Positions 55,869 through 64,000 of a stretch of DNA of 64,000 nt are shown one piece after another. Position 1 is the stretch's first letter. Each line of letters begins with the position of its first letter. Made by a program: the position numbers and the translations under genes. The stretch is from the NCBI GenBank assembly GCA_965153285.1, contig OZ229111.1. One strand, given 5' to 3'. The DNA is from Podarcis tiliguerta. Lineage: Eukaryota. The notes under the pieces are model-generated. The model had not been told where the DNA came from, searched no databases, and saw nothing but the letters and a program-made list of their open reading frames with translations.

Positions 55869-57895
55869 TATCCCCTCTGCAGTCTGAAGTACATTCTATG
55901 ACCACATCCCTGCTATATGCCGCCTGAGGTGTGAAATCACTGGGGTGAAAAAGAGGAAAGGAGGTCCGGGCATATGTTTGTAGACTATACCATTCTGCCA
56001 CCTTTGGGATTTGGGCAAATCAGTAAGTTTTTAAGACATCCCATTACCTTGAGCAATGGGAGCATTGCAAAGCCAACTGCATTGGAGAATTGCTGTGAAG
56101 AACCTGAATGCCCTGTTGAACCTACACAGTAGTATGGTGGTACTTAGAGCTTTTATATTCCCTGTAATTGCTTTTCAGCATGAAGCCACTTTAGTAAGGT
56201 CAGTCCGGAGGATCCTGTGCTTTTCAGTCCAATGGGTAGCCATAGTTAGCACTTATTCCAGGTACAACTGTATTTTTGCAAAGTGGCCCTCTGCAATCTG
56301 CTACGTGGAAAGGGTATCATTGCCCCTTGCACAAAGGCATTCCAGAGCACGTCTTGCCCACTGCCTGCTTGCTAGCCTTCTCCTTTCAAGAGTCCTTGTT
56401 GCAGCTGCTTCAGCCTCTGTGCAGCCTGTACTTCCTTTCTCCACTGCCAGTCAGGACAGCTCTGAAGAAGCAGTGGCCTCTGCCCCTGATTCTTTGGGGG
56501 CAAGGCTGGAGAGCACCAGATCTGCTGCCATGTGGATAAATATTTGCCGTTTCATACCCCTGTTGAAGGTCAGCTGCCATCAAGCGCTCCTGTCAACGTG
56601 CAATTAAGCCAAATTCCACCCTGATTAACTGCTGTGCTCCTCTGTTTGGAAAAAGCCAACTGCTTAACCCTTCAGGTACGAGCTGAAATGCAAGCTACCG
56701 ATTTAAAGCAAGACCAGGGTGCGTGTTAAGTGTTGAAAGAGTTAACAGACTGGGTGAGCACATGAAACCAACATGTCACTGAGAATAAATTGCCAACTGC
56801 CCGCTCCTTACAGGGAATCATTGCAGAGCCAGGTACAGCACAGGCCCAGTGCAGAACAGGCGGCACTGTGTCTAGGAGAGAATGCTATCGTAACACCCTC
56901 CTGGCACACGGTGATGAGATTGCTTGGTTTGTGAGGGCTAAGAAAGGCCATTTTCTCCAATTATCCATGGTACGGGAGTTCACTGGAAAATTAGAGGGAG
57001 AAGGCTTTAACTGCCCTACTTCATCCTGCTTGGTTAAACTGAGGCTTCAGGTTAGGCAGGTTTCCATTGTTAGAGGAGTAAAGTAGTTTATTTACATCTG
57101 CTGCTGCTGCTGCTGCACCTCCACTGGAATCCACCAGTGTGTTATAAGTTCACAAAGCAAGAGTGCATGCTTTGGATCCCTTAATAGTGAGACATGGCTG
57201 ATCTAGGTCATCCAGAGGTTTCACTGTTCAAGAATTTCCTTGTTATGTCAGTCCAAACCCCACCTAGTCCAGCCCCCATCGCCATCAGTGTGTACTAACT
57301 AAGTGGTCCACTATAAACTGATCAGTGGCACAGTTTGTCCTCTGCCAGCTCCTGTTGCACATGAAAGCCACTTTATGTTAAAATACAGGGGGTTGGGCTT
57401 TATGGAGGAACTGCTGAGCCGAAGGCCATAGCTTAGATACCACTTGAGTCCTGGCTCAGGCAACCCAAGCCATGAGCAGGAGAACCTTATCCAGCTTGTG
57501 TTAGTAGCCTTAAACTTGGCATTTCCTAGTTTCCAAGGGCTTGGCCAGCAAATACAGCTGCCGGTTTATATGGTGTAAATGCTGCCTGCTGCCTGAGAGA
57601 TCCTGACTTATCTAGTACAATTGTTGGGTGTCACATTGCCATGTCAGGCAGTGTGGGAAAATTATAGCTGAAGGTAAATGAATTGTGTATGTATCCTGTC
57701 TTTAGCCTGCTTCACATCATACATGCTCACCAGCAAACACCAGCAAAGACACAGACAATCCCAGTGCATGGGCACCAGTTTTACCAGCATACGAAACATA
57801 CTTATTGCATGGTCATAAAATGTTTGCATGCATTTTAATTCCCACCCCTACCCCGGAAATAATGGTTTTACAGTCACACACCACTCTAAATGCAC

Positions 57896-58155
57896 AAGAA
57901 GAAGAAGAAGAAGAAGAGTTTGGATTTGATATCCCGCTTTATCACTACCCAAAGGAGTCTCAAAGTGGCTAACATTCTCCTTTCCCTTCCTCCCCCACAA
58001 CAAACACTCTGTGAGGTGAGTGGGGCTGAGAGACTTCAGAGAAGTGTGACTGGCCCAAGGTCACCCAGCAGCTGCATGTGGAGGAGCGGAGACACGAACC
58101 CAGTTCCCTAGATTACGAGTCTATCGCTCTAAACCACTACACCACACTGGCTCTC
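57896..58155 (-). mobile_element. Squam3-like SINE with (CTT)n tail
   Basis: Reverse complement of the 22205-22456 family; (AAG)n run at 57896. Confidence 0.85.
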
Positions 58156-61100
58156 AAGGACTCTTAACAGCAGCCAAAGACCATATACTCTGTCCTTGCT
58201 CTGGTAGCTTGGAGATATGTAGGATTCTGTGTCCCAAATTCATAGCTTTTGTGAAGGCTTGCTGCTAGGTAGTGTATATGGACTCATTTTGCCAGATACC
58301 TGATCTCTCATCCTAACACAGCTTTTAAAACAAAGAAACCCACAAAGTTTTGAGTGTGGTACTGGTCAAAGGGGAGGATCTCACCCCACAAACCACATAC
58401 CTCATTGGAGGTGCTCTTTTGCCTTTGATATTGTTCCAGACTCCATTCTTTTTCCTGTCCCCCTGCTTCTTGGAATCTTTTATTTGGAAGGGAAAGAGAG
58501 GCTCAAATATGGCTGCTTGAAGGATTCATGATTTGCAGATTCCGCTATGAACTCATCAAATCCACACCTACTGGACTAACGAACATATTGGAATGCAGCT
58601 ATCCTTCAGATTTTAGAGTGCACCAAATTCTGCAATGCAGATTCCAGCTCAAAAGAGGAACTGAAATGCATATCTTTAGAAAAAATACATTTTGGAATTC
58701 ATACTTTGAGATAAATTACACTTAGAAATGTTTGTTTTGTGTACAGAATATGTGTGCTCTAGTAATATCCATGTTATGTCTCTGCCAACTGATGTCAACT
58801 ACAAACCTTCACATCCACCTTCTAGATAGACTGGCAATGGGAGCTAGATCTTAGCAGAATCTTAGAGAAGGGGAGATGAAGCATGTGGTTATCATCAACA
58901 ACACAACAGCCCTGTGAAACAGGCGGGCATGAATGATCCTTAAATGTGGCCCAGTTTCATTACAAAAGAGGTTTCATGAGTAAGTAATGTCCCTCTTTAG
59001 AACAGAGTGGGATGGTAGAGTTAGCGTTTTTGGGTATGTTCACATTTCCATCTTAGACTGCAGTGATGTTGTTTTGGTGCATTTCACAGCTCTTCACATC
59101 AACATGGCTTCAATTGTTTTCAGTTGAGTACATGCAAGGAGGCCCAGTTTAAGGATTCCAGTCAGTATGAAGCTGGCTTGAGAAGCAAGTCATCAAGTAG
59201 TAGTATCAAGTACTGTGCAGGATATATATGAATTTTGCATCGGGTGGTGTGAATACGGATTAAAAATCCAGCACGGAAAATGCACCAAGTGCACAGCAAA
59301 CAAGAGTGTGAACACAACCTTAGTTACTTTGGGTAAGCTTTACTCATTTCTCCTTGACAGTAGACTGGTGAAAGGTCTCGAACCTGCTGCTCATACTTAG
59401 TCAGTATTAAGCAGAAGCTTCTCCCCTGATTTTTGATGGGATCTGCCCTACAACTTTCAAAGCATTGGGTGATGGTTGTATTCTGCACCTAGTCTTGTGA
59501 GGTTTATGTCACCTTGTTGTCTTGCCATGGCCTCACTTTTCAGCGCTTGTCACATATGGAAGCAGCTTCTCCTTATCTCTGCCCTGACTAAAATAAACCA
59601 ACCAGCATGAGGGAAGTTGGTGGGGGGGGGATTTCCAGTTTTCTCTCTGTATTTAGGCTCCTGCCTGCCCACCGATTGTGATTCATTTATGCCTTTGCGC
59701 TATGGCTGATCACAGCCCTGCTCCTACTGCAGAGAACAGAGAGTGATAGAGAAATATTGTTCCCTTTGTTCTCGCCAGGTCAGCCAGATGCTTCGGCTTT
59801 GATTGTGTCCAGATGTGCATTCTTTTTCTCAGTTTGTTGTGGCAAGTCAAAATAGTGTTTCTTATGAGGCACCTATAATAGGCAGAATAATGCAGAAGTA
59901 GACAGGGTGTTTGTCAAGGGAGTTTCCTGTTATTCAGGATCGCTTACTACTAGCTCAGCCAGAGAAGTCGGGGATTAATGAAGGGACTCTGGTTCCTATG
60001 CCAGAGCTTCCCTGGGGCCTCGAAGACCCAAGCCCTCAGCCTGTCCCCACTGAGCTGAAAAGGCTTGTGCAATGCTGAACCCCACCTCCCTTCCCTATAG
60101 CTGAGTACACAATGTACACAGGCTGCGCGTTCAGAAATAGAAATAATCTGTGCGTTTCCATTCTGTCTCAGCTGACATTTGCTCAAGCACACAAAGAACT
60201 GACCTAGACAATTGGTTGACTAGAAGGGAGTCAGGTCTGCTTGTGATAAAAAAATGCTGTAGGACCCAAGAATAGTAGATTTGGGTGTCAGGAAGTATGT
60301 CAACTATATATCCATTGGATTTGTGAATTTGGATGTATGTGTGTGTGGGTTTTTTTAAATGGACCCAGAAGACTATGAGTGACATGGCTTTATAGACATG
60401 GCTTTATGTTCTGTCCTCAAGCCCAAGTATATACTCTGCATGCCTCAAGGGTCTCTTTTCTCCAACTTCTCTTGGGACCAGTGGAGGACCATTGTTGTCT
60501 TTCTGCTTGGAGCTGTGTTACACTGCTAGATGATGTCTGCTTCTCATGCATCTTGCCTGCTAATATACCAGGCCTTCTGAAATGCAATGCTTGACTTCAA
60601 GGTGGACAAGTTTCAACCTTGTGGGAAACCCAGCGATTGAGCCTTCAGTGGCATATATGTGCACATGCCTATGAGCTTCGTGCTTGGATTGGGTTGTAAG
60701 ATGATTCTGATTGCTGCTGAAGCCACTGAATTCCCAGATTTCTGGGGGAGCTGAGAACCAACATGGTCTAATGTGACACAACTTGAAGCCTTGTGGAAAG
60801 GTCTTGCTTTTCTTCTCAGTCAGCACCCTCATAGATCTCTTGTTAAGTCAGATCTGGAAAGGAGTGAGTCTCTTCAGTGTTAGCATTATTACTAAACCCA
60901 CAAATACTATAAATTGGAAACTGTCACCAGCTACAGTATTACTTAGCAGTAGGCCTATCAGTCAAGATTATGTACCCTGGACCATGTCTGTACCATGGGG
61001 ACTGAGCCCTAAACCGCTTGGCTTCCCAGTCTCTGTCTGCATTGTTCATTCAAAGGCTGCAACACTTTTTTAGTAGCTTGACTACAGCAATAGCATAACA

Positions 61101-63268
61101 TGGCAAACTGAGCCTTGATTTAGAACCAGAGCAGATATCAGGAGCTTATATTCCTTGGAAATATTTATTTAGAATAGAGATAGGAAACTTGTGGCACTCC
61201 AGATGTTGAGCTAAAAACCCCATCATTGGCTATGTGTCTAGGACTGTTGGGAGTTGAAGTCCAGCCACATTTGGAGGACCACAGGTTTCCCCATCCCCGG
61301 AATTAGAATATGCAACTGAAAACAAACAATTGTATAATTAAAAATCACAGCAAAATACTTAGCCAGAGAGGACTAAATAAGGCAGGTGTTTATTTTTATG
61401 TGATTCTCATGGATAATTTAAAGATGCATTCTCATTGCAGACATGCAAAGCAGAAGTCCAGCTCTGCCTCCTGGCAAGCTGGCAATGTCAGGCTGCCCAA
61501 TCAGGACATGTGAATACATATTTCCCAGAAATGATAGGCTGAACATGTCTGAAAACTGAACACACCCCAGGCAGGTTTCCGGACAGTTTCCATGGAAAAC
61601 TTTATCAGGAAAGCCCCAGGAATCAGAGGGGTGCCAATAGATAAACCAAGAAGTTTGCTTAAAGTTTGATCCTTGCAGAACAGCTTAATCCAAGATACAA
61701 GAAAGAAGGGGAACTAAAATATTAACATGTGCTGTTTAGCAGGCTCAGTCCCAAAAAGTGGCTTCAAGCAAATCTTTTTATTCTAATTAACTCCGGTCTA
61801 GGGAGATGTTTATTCCCACGGAAGACACCATAACACCAAAAATCGAGGTGTGTACAACAGCTTGAGATATGATCGTGAATCTGAAAATGAAATATTACTT
61901 TTTTTAAAGGATAGAAGGCATTTAAAAAGAAGTCAAGAACATACCAGCTTTCCAAACCTGGTGCCCTCCAGATGACGTTAGATTACATTCCTGACCATTT
62001 GGCATGCTGGCTGAGACTGATGGGAGTTGTAGTCCAAAACACCAGGCACCAGGGTTGGGTACCGCTGGTATAGATCATGATGATTCTCACTTTGCCCTAT
62101 AGATTTGCTACAAGGACATAGTGCAGAGTTTGAATACATCATTATCAAGGGCAACTTCATAACATTTGGTGAGAACGGCTGACCTTGGATTTGAGGGCCC
62201 TGGAATTAAGCAAATGATGCACTGTGCAACCTCAGGCTCATATGTGTAAGGTGGGAATTACATGTGTGTGAGAGCAGACACAACAAAGGTTGCACTAGCC
62301 TCCCCATGGAATTTGATATTACTGGGAACTCAAGGATTTGCAATGTGGGCCAGGAGGCTCAGACGCTTTGCCTCCAGTCATGCTTCAGCATGCACATCAC
62401 AGCTAGGTGGAATCTGGTTGAATCTGCACTGGTGGGATCTGGTTCACCCCAAACAGTGGTGGCACCATTGTTATCAGGCTCCTGTGTGTAACATGAGTGT
62501 GCAGATGTCCCAAGCACCTATTAGACAGTGGTTCTAACCATATTTAATGACCGGCGAAACAAATCTCTGCTCACCATGTTTTGCCATTTAAAGTTCATTT
62601 TGCTTTTAATTAAAGGGGATGGAGAATTCTTGGCTCAACTATATGAAGTCTCCATGTCACACTTTATAAAATAAAAAAGGAGGAGGTGGCAAGGAAAGTG
62701 TCAGCATGGTGTAAGAAGAAAACATTTTCTCTCTCTTTGGATGCTGCCTTCCGCTGAGTGAGACCATCTAGCTCAGTATGGTCTTCACTGACCAGCAATG
62801 GCACTCCAGAATTTCAGGCACAAATGCCTCTCAGTTACAGTGCATTTCCATCTCCCCCTCCACTCTATGGTTTGTTCCTTTGTTTCTTAAGGGCTAGGTG
62901 GCCTTCCTTGGCCTGTCAGGGTGGCAGACTCCACTGCAGCAAGGCTCCTCTCGCCCACGTTAAGTTGTCAGTGTTGTTGTGCTTTTGCTGCAGGACAGAG
63001 GGTGAGGCAATAGGAACCCCACACAGAGTTGGCTGCTGCTAAAGGCTGAACGTCTGTACAAGTACAATACATCTTGCTTTCATTCTATGGAGACAGACAA
63101 CCAAGTGCTCAAGGCCCAACTGTTCCAAGTACTGACAGGATCTCTCCACAGTCTAAGAAACATGATTTGCTGCAGCCAGCATCTCTGGGTGGGAAAGTGA
63201 AGTAGTAAACCCAGGAATGTGAGTAATTTCAGCCAGTGAGTGCTAGAAGCTGGTAGGGCGGGGAGGGC

Positions 63269-63296
63269 TGTGTGTGTGTGTGTGTGTGTGTGTGTG
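63269..63296. repeat. (GT)n microsatellite
   Basis: Direct observation. Confidence 0.95.
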
Positions 63297-64000
63297 GTGC
63301 AGCCTCTGCTTCAGAGAGTTGTGGCTATAGGGACCAATGGCGCTACATAAGGCTTGTGTAAATATTGTGACTGGCTTCTCCTTGGAATCAGATAAAGGAA
63401 GATTTTTATCACATTTTACAGAGAGAGCAGCTTTCCTGGCCCCTTAGTAGCTCCTCACGGCAGATTCTTTTGAGTGATTTAATATAAGATGAAAGGGGCC
63501 AGATTGCAGCTCCAGACAAAGTGGAATGTAAATATGAGGCCAGCCTCCGAAGTCCCACTTCTAAAGTCCCTAGAGGGAAGCAAAGCATGCCCTCCCCCTC
63601 CCCTCCCCTCCCCACCCCGCCATCTAAACACACAGTGCCTCCAAGGAAGTGTTAAGGGGCTTTCCCTTTTGGTAAGAAGCAGCTCCTGTTTTCAAAAGTG
63701 GTTGTAGACAACAGAGCTCTCTGAGCAGGTTCAGAGTGCATTTATTTTATTTAAAATAAGGCCACAGTTTCTGGTTTAATATAAAGACAGACCTGAGTTG
63801 TCGCCCAACACTGCTGTATAAGAAAGGAGTTAGAAAACAATTTTGGTGTCCAGAAATGCTCAATACTCCATCCGATTGCCACTTGGATATTTCCCAGGTA
63901 CTTCTAAATTCACTGCTGAATCTAGGAATGTGGCAGCTGTGGCTTCTAGCCATTTATCCCAGGTCCTATTGACCACTATGCCACTCTGCTCTACAGCATT

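Noticed and set aside
56056-56607. 183-aa + strand ORF
   Set aside because: No recognisable homology or supporting exon structure
44500-64000. Exons of an upstream neighbouring gene expected from synteny
   Set aside because: I could not find any exon whose translation I recognise; short exons could be missed without a spliced alignment

Overview
Eukaryotic (vertebrate) genomic DNA, most likely from a squamate reptile (probably a lacertid lizard), judged from Sauria-type and (CTT)-tailed SINEs, RTE/BovB and CR1 fragments. Positions 1 to about 43.7 kb hold the 5' part of the non-muscle myosin heavy chain IIB gene MYH10 on the minus strand. It has a non-coding first exon in a CpG island (about 42.9-44.5 kb) and 14 constitutive coding exons (N-terminus and motor domain). 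It also has three alternative cassettes: the 30-nt B1/N30 exon with a GC donor, an 18-nt SGSLLY microexon and the 63-nt B2 exon. One intron is U12-type. The gene continues beyond position 1. From 44.5 to 64 kb I cannot support any protein-coding gene; the region contains many MITEs, SINEs and LINE fragments, some of them nested. The most unusual object is a ~760-bp insertion at 50262-51021, flanked by a target-site duplication (TSD), with Penelope-like/retrozyme architecture. It contains a split hammerhead-ribozyme-like fold whose predicted cleavage site coincides with an internal junction of the element. Repeat family names are from recognition, not database searches.
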